From: Candidatus Aenigmatarchaeota archaeon | Lineage (GTDB): Archaea; Aenigmatarchaeota; Aenigmatarchaeia; CG10238-14; SCSR01 | Reading direction: 5' to 3' | Length of the DNA stretch: 64,000 nt | NCBI GenBank assembly: GCA_038998335.1 | Contig: JAVZHQ010000001.1 | Location: forward strand, 64,001-128,000 | Shown: positions 30,505 through 40,286 of the stretch, piece after piece | Position numbering within the stretch: the first letter of the stretch is position 1 | Layout of the letters: every line of letters begins with the position of its first letter | Position numbers and translations under genes: made by a program | Notes under the pieces: model-generated | The model's database searches: none | What the model was told of the DNA's origin: nothing | The model's input: only the letters and a program-made list of their open reading frames with translations

Positions 30505-31314
30505 TCATCTACTGTTCACTTCTTTCTTTTCCTCTTTCTTCTTTTTCTTTTCAGCAAATTCTACACTAGCTTTTAAAGCCTCTACAAGCTCTTTCGTTTC
30601 AGGAATTTTCTCTTCTTTAACTTCAATTTCTTTTCCTTCTGCTCTTGCTTTTATCAGTTTCATAAGTTCTTCTGTGTAATTATCTTTAAATTTAGAGACA
30701 TCAAACTCTGACTCAGTTAACTTTGATATCAAAGCTTGGGCTAACTTAAGCTCTTCTTCTTTTACAGTTACTAAATTCTTAAGCTCGCTTATCTCTTCTA
30801 TATCCTTTACTTCTCCTAGATAATGTAGAATATGCATTACCAAGCCCTTTTTAAAAGCTCTTATCGCAACCAAGTATTCTTTATTCCTCATAACAACTTT
30901 TCCTATAGCAACTTTATTAGCTATTCTTAAAGCTTCAACAAAAAGAGAGTAAGCTTTTACTCCTGTTTCTTCAGGAGCAATATAATAGCTTTTTTCTAAG
31001 AAAATAGGGTCTATTTGAGAAGCATCAACAAATTCTTGAATTTCTATTGCTTTTGTTGTTTTTAACCTGAGCTTTTCTAAGTCTTCTTTTTTAATTATCA
31101 CATACTTTTCTTTTGTTATCTTGTATCCTTTCTCTATATCTTCATAGGCAACTTCTTTCTCGCATTTTGGACACCATCTTTTATAAACCAAAGGAGTTCC
31201 GCATTCTTTATGTAAGTTATTAAAAGAGATTATTCTACTCTCTGTTGCAGGGTAAATTTTTATTGGAATATTCACTAAGCCAAAAGATATGCTTCCTGAA
31301 AATATTGCTCTCAT
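30505..31314 (-). CDS. ku: Ku protein (prokaryotic NHEJ)
   Basis: MRAIFSGSISFGLVNIPIKIY, IEKGY, SYYIAP, FKDNY, LVEALKASV. Confidence 0.95.
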   Translation of the reverse strand: MRAIFSGSISFGLVNIPIKIYPATESRIISFNNLHKECGTPLVYKRWCPKCEKEVAYEDIEKGYKITKEKYVIIKKEDLEKLRLKTTKAIEIQEFVDASQIDPIFLEKSYYIAPEETGVKAYSLFVEALRIANKVAIGKVVMRNKEYLVAIRAFKKGLVMHILHYLGEVKDIEEISELKNLVTVKEEELKLAQALISKLTESEFDVSKFKDNYTEELMKLIKARAEGKEIEVKEEKIPETKELVEALKASVEFAEKKKKKEEKKEVNSR

Positions 31315-31330
31315 TTTCCCACAATTTAAA

Positions 31331-32428
31331 TTATGTGATATAATTTAAATCTAACTTTTTTGCATAATTCGCAACTTCTTTAAACTCTTCTTGAGTAATA
31401 CTTCTATTTATATCAATCTGTTCAAGAGCCTTAAACTCTGGCCTGTATTGGTCCATTATATTAACAATACACCTATCCTTAATGTTTTTTGCAATCCATT
31501 CCAATACTGGCTTGCTACAGCACTCAACATGATTGGGTAAAATTAAATGCCTAACAGTTAGTTCAGCTTGATTAGAAGCTATCAAATGATTTCTTGAAAC
31601 TATCTCAAAATAATTTTTTACTTTTGAAAGTCTAAGAGCACATTCATCATTTCCGTACTTAAAATCTGGCAAGTAAAGATCAACAATTCCTTCAAGAATT
31701 TTCATAGTCTTTTCGCTCATATAAAAGTTAGAGTTCCAAACTACTGGAATATTAGCATTGCAATATTTTAAGCTTTCAAGAATTGTTAAAAGATTAGGTG
31801 TAGGCTCACCACCAACAAAATTAACGTTTCTACAACCTTGTTCTCTTCTTTTTTCCATGATTCTTGCTAGTTCCTTTGGAGTAATTAAATAACCTTCTTC
31901 AAACCATTGACTTATAGTCCAATTCTGACAATACTGACAATGAAAGTTGCAGCCCATGAAGAAAACTGTATGGCTTGGAGTAATGTGGGCTTCTTCTCCG
32001 AGGTGAATATTTTCAGAAGATATTAATGCTTCTTTCCCAACTTTACACTCGCCTTTTTCTCCTTTAAGCCTGTTAACCTTACATTTTCTCTCGCATAGTT
32101 CGCAAGCTTCCATTATTTCTCTTGTAAGTATAATTTTTAAGTCAATTAAAGAATAGCGAGGGACTTCAAGTTCATTTAACTTCATTTTTTTCTTCTCACA
32201 TACTTCTTTAATTTCATAAAATTTTTTCATAAGTTGAGAATGAGTTTCCCAGAGCTCTTCAGAGCTTAAGCTTTTTTGGAAATCAAAAACAATTCTTCTG
32301 GCTATTTGAAAATTTGCCCAAGCTTGATTTTCAACAGCTTTAACATACCTTGGTAAAATTTTTTTAATTATAGGATTTTCTAAGGCCCTTGCTGAGTCAG
32401 GTCTTATGAGGTAAAAATAACTAACCAT
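31331..32428 (-). CDS. Radical SAM protein, PflX-like
   Basis: CELCERKCKVNR, HLGEE, CNFHCQYCQN, GGEPTP. Confidence 0.88.
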   Translation of the reverse strand: MVSYFYLIRPDSARALENPIIKKILPRYVKAVENQAWANFQIARRIVFDFQKSLSSEELWETHSQLMKKFYEIKEVCEKKKMKLNELEVPRYSLIDLKIILTREIMEACELCERKCKVNRLKGEKGECKVGKEALISSENIHLGEEAHITPSHTVFFMGCNFHCQYCQNWTISQWFEEGYLITPKELARIMEKRREQGCRNVNFVGGEPTPNLLTILESLKYCNANIPVVWNSNFYMSEKTMKILEGIVDLYLPDFKYGNDECALRLSKVKNYFEIVSRNHLIASNQAELTVRHLILPNHVECCSKPVLEWIAKNIKDRCIVNIMDQYRPEFKALEQIDINRSITQEEFKEVANYAKKLDLNYIT

Positions 32429-32437
32429 AATTATTCT

Positions 32438-34051
32438 TTATAAACAAGCTTTAATTAACCCATCGAATAATGGAGCAGGTCTTAAAGGTCTTGATTTAAA
32501 TTCTGGATGGGCTTGGGTTGCAACAAAATATTTATGATTTGGTAGTTCTATGAATTCCACAAGCTTTTTATCTGGAGAAACCCCAGAAAATACTAAGCCA
32601 TTTTTCTGTAAGATTTCATGGAACTTTGGGTTTACTTCATACCTATGCCTGTGTCTTTCGCTGATTCTTTCTCTTTGCCCATAAAGCTTCCAAACTAAAC
32701 TACCTTTTTTAAGAATAGCTGGATAAGCTCCTAATCGCATGCTCGCTCCGTATCTTGATTCTTTCAATATTTTTTTTTGTTCAGGCAAGATATCAATAAC
32801 TGGATAAGGAGTTTTTGGGTCAAATTCTGTGCTGTTAGCGTTTTTTAAGTTACAAACATTTCTTGCAAATTCAACTACTGCTAACTGTAAGCCTAAGCAT
32901 AAGCCTAAGAATGGAATGTTCTTTTCTCTAGCATATCTTATAGCTAGGATCTTTCCTTCTATTCCAGTTTTTCCAAAACCACCTGGAACTATTATTCCAT
33001 TAACTGAATCAAGAACAGAAAGTTTTTTTTCATCTCTTTCAAATTCTTTTGAATCAATCCATTCTATCTTTGCTTTAACATTATTGTTAGCTGCTGCATG
33101 CTTTATTGCTTCTATAACAGAAATGTAAGAATCTGGTAAGCGATATAAACCAATATCAAAATATTTCCCAACTATACCAATTTTAACAATTCTTTTTGCT
33201 TTGTTCATTTTTTCAACAAACTTTTTCCACTCGTTTATCTTAGATGTTTTTGCCTTAAGGTTAAATTTTTCTAGTATTTTATCCCCAAACTTTTGTTTTT
33301 CGAATATCAAAGGCAGTTCATAAACATTCTCAAGGTTTGGGTTTGAAATTATGTATTCTTTTTGAATACTGCAAAAAAGAGAAAGTTTTTCTTTTCTTAT
33401 CTCATCAACAGGTTCTTCCGACCTACAAACCAAAAAATCAGGTTGAATCCCTATTTCTCTTAGTTCTTTTATAGAATGCTGCGCAGGTTTTGATTTCATC
33501 TCACCTAAACTCTTTACTACTGGTAAATAAGCAACATGAACAAAAATGACTTTTTCTCCTTCAAACTTCATTTGCCTTGCAGCCTCTAGAAACAAAACAT
33601 TTTCATAATCTCCTACAACTCCACCAATTTCAACCAAAACAAAATCTGCTTTTGTTTTTTTAGCAACATTTTTAATTCTTCTTTTAATCTCATCAGTTAT
33701 GTGAGGAATAGGCTGAACGGTTTTTCCTAGGTATTCTCCTCTTCTCTCCTTTTCTATTACAACATAATAAATTTGTCCGGTAGTTATGTTATGCTCTTTG
33801 CTTATATTAGTATCTAAAAATCTTTCATAATGTCCTAAATCTTGATCTATTTCTCCACCATCTTCTGTTACCCATACTTCACCATGCTCGGTAGGTCTTA
33901 AGGTTCCTGCGTCCATGTTAATGTAAGGGTCTATTTTAATCGCTGTAGCAGTGTAACCCTTAAGTTGAAGAACTTTTCCTATAGAAGCGGTAGTTATTCC
34001 TTTTCCTAGCCCCGAAATTACCCCTCCGGTAACGAAAATGTAATTGCTCAT
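32438..34051 (-). CDS. pyrG: CTP synthase
   Basis: GGVISGLGKG, DLGHYERF, GLCLG, ERHRHRYE, HPEF. Confidence 0.98.
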   Translation of the reverse strand: MSNYIFVTGGVISGLGKGITTASIGKVLQLKGYTATAIKIDPYINMDAGTLRPTEHGEVWVTEDGGEIDQDLGHYERFLDTNISKEHNITTGQIYYVVIEKERRGEYLGKTVQPIPHITDEIKRRIKNVAKKTKADFVLVEIGGVVGDYENVLFLEAARQMKFEGEKVIFVHVAYLPVVKSLGEMKSKPAQHSIKELREIGIQPDFLVCRSEEPVDEIRKEKLSLFCSIQKEYIISNPNLENVYELPLIFEKQKFGDKILEKFNLKAKTSKINEWKKFVEKMNKAKRIVKIGIVGKYFDIGLYRLPDSYISVIEAIKHAAANNNVKAKIEWIDSKEFERDEKKLSVLDSVNGIIVPGGFGKTGIEGKILAIRYAREKNIPFLGLCLGLQLAVVEFARNVCNLKNANSTEFDPKTPYPVIDILPEQKKILKESRYGASMRLGAYPAILKKGSLVWKLYGQRERISERHRHRYEVNPKFHEILQKNGLVFSGVSPDKKLVEFIELPNHKYFVATQAHPEFKSRPLRPAPLFDGLIKACL

Positions 34052-34076
34052 TGTTTTTTTGTATGTATTATAAGAA

Positions 34077-34190
34077 TTAATATCTTTTTCTCTTTTTCCA
34101 GAACTTATCGTAAATCTTCCTGAACCAATAAACTTTAGTCCTTTTCAAACTTTGTTTGACATGGAAAAACCTTTTCTTAACTCTAACCAT
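34077..34190 (-). CDS. Small highly basic protein (37 aa), missing from ORF track
   Basis: MVRVKKRFFHVKQSLKRTKVYWFRKIYDKFWKKRKRY, preceded by SD-like GTGAGGT; fills the gap. Confidence 0.55.
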   Translation of the reverse strand: MVRVKKRFFHVKQSLKRTKVYWFRKIYDKFWKKRKRY

Positions 34191-34194
34191 AACC

Positions 34195-34926
34195 TCACGC
34201 GTAAACTACATTTAGAACTTTTACAGTTAAAAAATCAACATCTGAATATAAAGTATAAAGAATTTCATAGCTAGCATAGCTAGTGTTTAAATGTACTATA
34301 GCTTCTGCCTTTGCTGAATTCTTATTCTCATTTAACGCTTCAGAGTAGCCATAGCCGTAAGAACTCTCTTCTTCATCGTCTATAAAAATAGAGGTGTCCG
34401 AAGGAATTAGGTTTATGTCGTTCATTTTAAAATTAATTAACTTAATAAGCTTGCTTGTGTTTATGAATTCGTAATTTTCTTTACTTCCTTTCTTTAAAAT
34501 CCCAACTTTCATAAACTCATTTTCCAAAACAATTTCATCTTCTCCATCGTTATCCAAATCATATTCTTTAGCTACTGCGCTTTTCCCAGAAATCAGAAGA
34601 ATATTATCTTCTTTAAGGAATATTGATTCTAGGGAGTAGCTTTTTGGTAAATAGTAAAATTCAATACTGTTTGTTTTTTCATTTACTTTATATTCTCCGT
34701 CTGAGATTTTCAAAGAGATTGTCCTAAGGCTTCCTATACCTTCTGAAGCAACTTCTTCTATAGTTTTTTCTATAAGCATTAAATTTCCCCAAGCTTCATT
34801 AATTACAGAAGATTCTCTTGCCCTTTCTATTATAGGCATGCCTAAAAAAAGAACTAGAACAATGCCAGAGAATACTATCAAAAAAACCATAACATAAGCA
34901 ATTAACGGGCTAACTCCTTTTAACAT
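34195..34926 (-). CDS. Pilin-like protein with class III signal peptide
   Basis: MLKG|VSPLIAYVMVFLIV. Confidence 0.8.
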   Translation of the reverse strand: MLKGVSPLIAYVMVFLIVFSGIVLVLFLGMPIIERARESSVINEAWGNLMLIEKTIEEVASEGIGSLRTISLKISDGEYKVNEKTNSIEFYYLPKSYSLESIFLKEDNILLISGKSAVAKEYDLDNDGEDEIVLENEFMKVGILKKGSKENYEFINTSKLIKLINFKMNDINLIPSDTSIFIDDEEESSYGYGYSEALNENKNSAKAEAIVHLNTSYASYEILYTLYSDVDFLTVKVLNVVYA

Positions 34927-35540
34927 TTTCTCACTTCTATTATCGGCTTATTTTCTTTCGTTGTCCCATAATACTCTACACAAACTCTATTTGTTCCTGA
35001 GCTAAAAATTTCACTTCCTTTTATCAAAATTTTATCATTTCTCAAGATTAATAAGATTAAACCTGAATCTTTAGAATAAAGTGAAAAAGCTTGTGAAGGC
35101 AAGCCGTATTTTTCCACTGAATAAATTTTTCTTTCAATTTGTTCGCATGTACCATTTGTAAAAGCTATAATAAGGCTAGTTCCTTCAGCTTTTTGTTTAA
35201 CTTCAACCTTATAGTCTTGGTTTACTGAAAAAGAAATAAAGTTTAAGTCTTGCCTTTTTCCTGAATAGATTAAGCTTGCAAGCATCCCTTTTTCGAATTC
35301 TTCTTCATCATAAGAGCAAGCATAAAAGTGAGATAAGTTTGTAGGATAGCCTATTATGTAAAGGTTCTCTTCCACGCTTCCATTAATTCCATCAATTTTG
35401 TAAAAGTCGTTATTTTTGTTTTCCCCTAAATGATAAGCAAACCTAAACTTTACGTAACTTACTCTGCTTTGAGCATTAAGCGAAGTGGTTAAAAAGAAAA
35501 GTACTAAAATTAAGAAAATACAAAAAATTACCTTCCTCAT
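34920..35540 (-). CDS. Secreted protein in pilin cluster
   Basis: Sec-type signal peptide; context. Confidence 0.6.
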   Translation of the reverse strand: MRKVIFCIFLILVLFFLTTSLNAQSRVSYVKFRFAYHLGENKNNDFYKIDGINGSVEENLYIIGYPTNLSHFYACSYDEEEFEKGMLASLIYSGKRQDLNFISFSVNQDYKVEVKQKAEGTSLIIAFTNGTCEQIERKIYSVEKYGLPSQAFSLYSKDSGLILLILRNDKILIKGSEIFSSGTNRVCVEYYGTTKENKPIIEVRKC

Positions 35541-35566
35541 ATTTAATTTTTTGATTTTTTATTTAA

Positions 35567-36163
35567 TTAAGCAAGTTCATAATATTTCAAAACTTTATCT
35601 CTGAGTTTCATCTTTTCCGTTTCTAGTGTGATGTCAAGAAAAACTATAAGTTGAGTTTTTCCTTTTAGGGATTCTACAAGAAATTCCTCTTCTTCTTTAG
35701 AATAAGGAGTCTCATAAAAAATTTTTAAAGTATAGTTTGCATCTTCGATTGGAACAGTAAAGATTGTATTTACTTTTTCTCCATCTCTTACTTTTTCAAG
35801 CCTATTAAAAGAGTTGTTGAGTGTTATATTAAGAAAAATTATATCACTTCCTAAAAGGTTTTTTACACTTACGTTTAGGCTGCTATTTTCTGCAAAAACC
35901 TCTAAGAGGAGCGAACTTAAAATTGAAGCTCTTCTTTTAAAAGATTTTCTTGCAAAATTAGCAAAACTTTCTAAATTTTTTGTTATATTTTCTTTTTGAT
36001 TAATCGAGAACTCTACACTTCTTATCATCTCTTCCTTAACGTTTTCAAACTCCAAGAAAAGGCTTTTATCTTGCTTGATTTCTAAAAAACTTATACTTGC
36101 TTTGATTAAAGCAAGAATTGTTATGAAAATTATTGCAATTATCAAGAAAGCTTGGCCTTTCAT
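35567..36163 (-). CDS. Minor pilin-like protein
   Basis: MKG|QAFLIIAII. Confidence 0.75.
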   Translation of the reverse strand: MKGQAFLIIAIIFITILALIKASISFLEIKQDKSLFLEFENVKEEMIRSVEFSINQKENITKNLESFANFARKSFKRRASILSSLLLEVFAENSSLNVSVKNLLGSDIIFLNITLNNSFNRLEKVRDGEKVNTIFTVPIEDANYTLKIFYETPYSKEEEEFLVESLKGKTQLIVFLDITLETEKMKLRDKVLKYYELA

Positions 36164-36519
36164 TTGCTCACCAATAAAACAACTTCTAAAGGTTTAAACT
36201 CTCCAAAGTTACCAGCTAAAAAATAACTTACTCTTACTTTTTCTCCTTCAAAATCGGTTTTTTGGCAGTCTTCACAAATAAAAACTTCGTAACTTAACTG
36301 GTAGGGAATTAAATTTTTAAGCTTACTTTTTATGCTTTCTGTATCGTTTTTTAAAACATAATTCCTTAGTTCATTACTTTTGTCAAGAGCTCTCAAAGCT
36401 TTAAGTCCGATTTCTTTAAGATTAATTTCTCCCTTAGGTTCTTCAGGAGCAAAAATTAAGATTAAAAATATAAATATAAAAGAAGCTGCTATTATTGCTT
36501 CTCCAACATTCAAAGCCAT
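36160..36519 (-). CDS. Minor pilin-like protein
   Basis: EAIIAA hydrophobic N-terminus; context. Confidence 0.6.
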   Translation of the reverse strand: MALNVGEAIIAASFIFIFLILIFAPEEPKGEINLKEIGLKALRALDKSNELRNYVLKNDTESIKSKLKNLIPYQLSYEVFICEDCQKTDFEGEKVRVSYFLAGNFGEFKPLEVVLLVSK

Positions 36520-37160
36520 TACTTTTCACTTACCTCTAAATAAAAATCATAATTTCCAAGGCTTTTAATTAAATCATCATAATTAACGCTCCTAAGTCCT
36601 TTAAGTTTACTTAAAGATAACATTTTTTGTTCTTGAAGAGGGAATACTTCTACTTTTAAACCAGAAGCTTCTTCGAAAGGAACGTAATAGTTCACTTCCT
36701 TTACTTCTTTTTCTCCAGAAAAGTAAATGAAGAAGATTTTTGTTTGGTAAGCTGAGAAATTTGACTTTAAAACTAGGTCAGAGTTTTTCAAATAGTTTTC
36801 TTCACAAAAAGTTTCATTATAAATACTAAACTCAACTTCTTTGTTATTTTCGTCGTAAACCCTTACTGTGGAAATCCAAGCTTTATTCTCGCATTTTTCG
36901 TCAAATTTTATGGTTAAATTTATTATCGCATCTGTTCTTTCATTTCCGTTTATTTCCGTGATTTTAACTGGCAACTTATAAAGTTCTGTGGTTAAGTTAA
37001 GCTTTAACGCAAGGAAAATGTTATGAGCAATAGTTTTTAGGTTAAGGGTTTGGGAGTATTGTGAATACTTTACCACATAGCTTAAAACAAAACTTAAAGC
37101 TATGGTAATTGCTATTAAAAAAATTCCAACAGCAATTACAAAATCAGCTTGAATTGGCAT
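36519..37160 (-). CDS. Minor pilin-like protein
   Basis: QADFVIAVGIFL pilin-like N-terminus. Confidence 0.65.
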   Translation of the reverse strand: MPIQADFVIAVGIFLIAITIALSFVLSYVVKYSQYSQTLNLKTIAHNIFLALKLNLTTELYKLPVKITEINGNERTDAIINLTIKFDEKCENKAWISTVRVYDENNKEVEFSIYNETFCEENYLKNSDLVLKSNFSAYQTKIFFIYFSGEKEVKEVNYYVPFEEASGLKVEVFPLQEQKMLSLSKLKGLRSVNYDDLIKSLGNYDFYLEVSEK

Positions 37161-37645
37161 TATAGCACCATTTCTTCGAACACAATTTTATCGCTTACTT
37201 TATTATCTAAGTTACATCTGTAATAGTACATACCTGTTTTTCTTTCACTTTTAATTTTTCCTTGAAAGTTAACGTAAATCTTTGGGAATTTTATTTCAAA
37301 AGTTTCCGAATTTCCAAAAGCCTTTATTATCAAATTTTCTTCAGAATTTTGAACAATAATCTCATAGTTCTTGTTTGAAATTTTTGGTGGAAAGTTAAGT
37401 TTAACTTCTTGAAGAATAATGCAAGAATTATTTTTTGGTATAAATTTTGAGTTGCTAGCAAATTCGTAAGCTTCTATTATTGAGTTGTATAATTTTAAAG
37501 AAATGTATTCCAAATCATTTTTAATCTCATTCTTAAGAAAGCTTGAATAAAAAGAAGAAAAAATTAAGGAAGAAAATATTATAAGGGTTACCGAAAGCAA
37601 AATGGTTAAAGCGTAGCTTATTAAAATAGCTTGTCCTTTCATCAA
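37160..37645 (-). CDS. Minor pilin-like protein
   Basis: MKG|QAILISYAL. Confidence 0.7.
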   Translation of the reverse strand: MMKGQAILISYALTILLSVTLIIFSSLIFSSFYSSFLKNEIKNDLEYISLKLYNSIIEAYEFASNSKFIPKNNSCIILQEVKLNFPPKISNKNYEIIVQNSEENLIIKAFGNSETFEIKFPKIYVNFQGKIKSERKTGMYYYRCNLDNKVSDKIVFEEMVL

Positions 37646-37702
37646 TTAAAATTGGCACGCTTAAGATAATATTTATTAACCCTTAAAAATAAAAATAAAA
37701 GT

Positions 37703-38131
37703 ATGAGGAAAGGATTATCCCCACTCGTAGCTGCAGTTTTGCTCATAGCAGCAACAATGGGAATAGCAACAATCCTAACTTACTGGGCAACCCGATTTAT
37801 TCAATCCTCTTTACCAGAAGTTGCCAATCAAAGCTATAGCCCTTGCCTATACGCAGATTTCCAGATTTATTCCTGCTCTTACACAAACTCTACACCAACA
37901 AAAGGGAACATAACATTAATTTTAAAGAATGCTATGGACGTTGAACTAAGAAATCTAACAGCTACAGTATTTTATGGTCCTACAATAAAAAACTATCCAT
38001 TAAAACCAGATAATATTTTACCAAAAAACATTTACAAAGGCTTCACTATAGAAGACGTTGATTTACCGTTTGACAAACTTGTGATAACCACTCATTGTCC
38101 ATACGTAGAAGAAGAGTCACCATGCCATTAA
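37703..38131 (+). CDS. Archaeal type IV pilin
   Basis: MRKG|LSPLVAAVLLIA. Confidence 0.88.
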   Translation: MRKGLSPLVAAVLLIAATMGIATILTYWATRFIQSSLPEVANQSYSPCLYADFQIYSCSYTNSTPTKGNITLILKNAMDVELRNLTATVFYGPTIKNYPLKPDNILPKNIYKGFTIEDVDLPFDKLVITTHCPYVEEESPCH

Positions 38132-38604
38132 AAGGCATCTCTCCTCTAGTAGCTACTGTATTGTTAATAGCTTTTACCGTAGCTGCAGCTGCCATAATTT
38201 CTTTTTGGTTAATTCCCTTTTTAACTTCAATTTCCCAATCAACTACAGAAGAAGCTGATATTCAGCTTAAATGTAGCAGAGGAGGTATTTCTCTTTTTGA
38301 CTTAAAGTATAACTTATCGTCTTCTTATCTTTTGGGAAAAATTGAAAATACTGGTTCAGTTTCTCTTGGAAGCTTGGCCTTACAAATACTTTACTTAAAC
38401 TCCACGGTAGAAAAAATAGAGTTATGCTATTCTGAAGGAAATGTTTTACCATGTGAAAAATCTAACTTAACACTTTTACCAAGAGACATAATTTCTTTTA
38501 GTATAAAAATTCCAAACAATTATGATGTATTGACTTTGACTACAAACTGCTCTGCTTATGGAGTTTATGGGAGAGCAACTAGAGAAGAAATTAACCAAAT
38601 ATAA
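38122..38604 (+). CDS. Archaeal type IV pilin
   Basis: MPLKG|ISPLVATVLLIAFTV, from ATG 38122. Confidence 0.88.
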   Translation: MPLKGISPLVATVLLIAFTVAAAAIISFWLIPFLTSISQSTTEEADIQLKCSRGGISLFDLKYNLSSSYLLGKIENTGSVSLGSLALQILYLNSTVEKIELCYSEGNVLPCEKSNLTLLPRDIISFSIKIPNNYDVLTLTTNCSAYGVYGRATREEINQI

Positions 38605-39406
38605 GAAAAACTATTATACCAGCGCTTATCATGAAAAGGCTATGCTTGATTCCTGCTACTACTGCTCCTTCTGACATTTTTCCAACTATCAGACCAGCAA
38701 AAAACCCTTGAATAATTATAAGATTTTGGAACAGAAGTTTGTACCTTTCGGTAAGACTTCCTTGCTGAGTTTGCTCTAAAGGATTTCTGGCTTGAGAAAG
38801 GCTTGGTATCAAAAACCTTTGCATTATTATCATTACTGCTAAAAAAACAAAGAAAATTACGTAGCCGGTAATCATTTGTGATTGAAGATAAAGCTTTCTT
38901 TCTGTTCTTAACCTTTCTATTTCTAAAGCAGTGTTTGCTAAAGCTTCTAGCGTATCGGTTAAATTACCACCAAACCTATGAGTTTCTATAACGCTTGAAA
39001 CAATCCTTGCTATAACTCTTGACTTGCTTTCCTTAGCAAAATTTTGAAGAACTTTATCAACATTAATTCCCCAATCAACTTGAGCAGCCATTTTCTTTAC
39101 GTAAGGACTTAAAGTCTTGTAGTCATTAGAAGAAAGCGATTTTAAAGCTTGAGGTATTGTCATACCACTTCTCACACTTTCGACAAAATCCCTTAAGAAT
39201 ACTGGAAAAATTTCTTCCAACTCCTTTACTTTTCTATGCTCGTTGTACCTAAGAAAAATTAAAGGTGAAATAAAAACCCCAAAAGCAACTATCAAGAGAA
39301 TTTGAAACACGTTGGCTATTCCTGAAAAGTAAACAAAAGCTAAGGTAATTAAAAACACTGCTAAAAAACTACTTGGAACAAGGAGTAAAACTTCATTCTT
39401 CTTCAC
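38591..39406 (-). CDS. Type IV pilus platform protein (TadC/T2SS-F)
   Basis: FPVFLRDFVESVRSG, GGNLTDTL, multi-TM. Confidence 0.9.
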   Translation of the reverse strand: MKKNEVLLLVPSSFLAVFLITLAFVYFSGIANVFQILLIVAFGVFISPLIFLRYNEHRKVKELEEIFPVFLRDFVESVRSGMTIPQALKSLSSNDYKTLSPYVKKMAAQVDWGINVDKVLQNFAKESKSRVIARIVSSVIETHRFGGNLTDTLEALANTALEIERLRTERKLYLQSQMITGYVIFFVFLAVMIIMQRFLIPSLSQARNPLEQTQQGSLTERYKLLFQNLIIIQGFFAGLIVGKMSEGAVVAGIKHSLFMISAGIIVFLIFG

Positions 39407-40278
39407 ATTTCTACCTCCACACCTCTTAAGAACATTAGAAAACCTATGTTTAGAGCAGGAAGAATAACGTAAATTATCAGTTCCATTAGATTAAGGATTT
39501 CAAACTGTCCTATGGTAGTAGCTCCTGGTATAGTGTTCATCACAGCAAAAAGGGAGATTATAAAAAGAGGGGCAGCTATTAGTAATCCGGTATAAATTTC
39601 AGCATAAGTTGTTAGCTGTTGTAAAAATCTCTCTCTTTTTATTCTCCACTCAAACAAAGCTCTTATACCAGAAGTTTTAAGGTATTCTTTCATGCTTCCC
39701 CCTGCTTCTGTCGTTGTTACAAAACCAAGCAATAATTGCCTTAAACTTTCAGAAGGAGTTCTTTTAGCAACTTCCCTTGCTGCTGTTACTGGGTCTACAC
39801 CAAAAGCTTCGATATTCCTAACTATTTTTTTCATCTCTTCAGCAATTTCTCCATATTCTTTAAAATTGCTTATGATTTTAAAAACAACATAGGGAGGAAC
39901 TCCGGATTCTGCTATCGCACTCATGTGAGTTAAAACAAAAGGCAAGTTAGTTTCTATGTTTCTTTTTTTTGATTGCATTATTTGATAAGGAGAAAAAAAG
40001 AGTGTAAAAAGAGAAATAAAAGAAAAGGTTATAGGCATAGCTATAACGTAAAGCAGGAAAAGAGCTTCTGGTAATTGGAAGAAAATAAAAATAAGGTAGA
40101 AAAAAGTAAGGCTTACAATAAAAACCAATATTGTAGTTAAAATGCTCATGCTAACATAACTTCTTAAAGGAATTTTAATTCCAGATTTTACTAAACTTTC
40201 TTTTAAAAAAGAAAAGAGCTCAGGATTTTTATCTACAATTTTTCCAAACAATAAAGTTGCAAACCCAACATAACTCAT
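39403..40278 (-). CDS. Type IV pilus platform protein (TadB/T2SS-F)
   Basis: NLPFVLTHM, YGEIAEE, TPSESL. Confidence 0.9.
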   Translation of the reverse strand: MSYVGFATLLFGKIVDKNPELFSFLKESLVKSGIKIPLRSYVSMSILTTILVFIVSLTFFYLIFIFFQLPEALFLLYVIAMPITFSFISLFTLFFSPYQIMQSKKRNIETNLPFVLTHMSAIAESGVPPYVVFKIISNFKEYGEIAEEMKKIVRNIEAFGVDPVTAAREVAKRTPSESLRQLLLGFVTTTEAGGSMKEYLKTSGIRALFEWRIKRERFLQQLTTYAEIYTGLLIAAPLFIISLFAVMNTIPGATTIGQFEILNLMELIIYVILPALNIGFLMFLRGVEVEM

Positions 40279-40286
40279 TAATTTCC

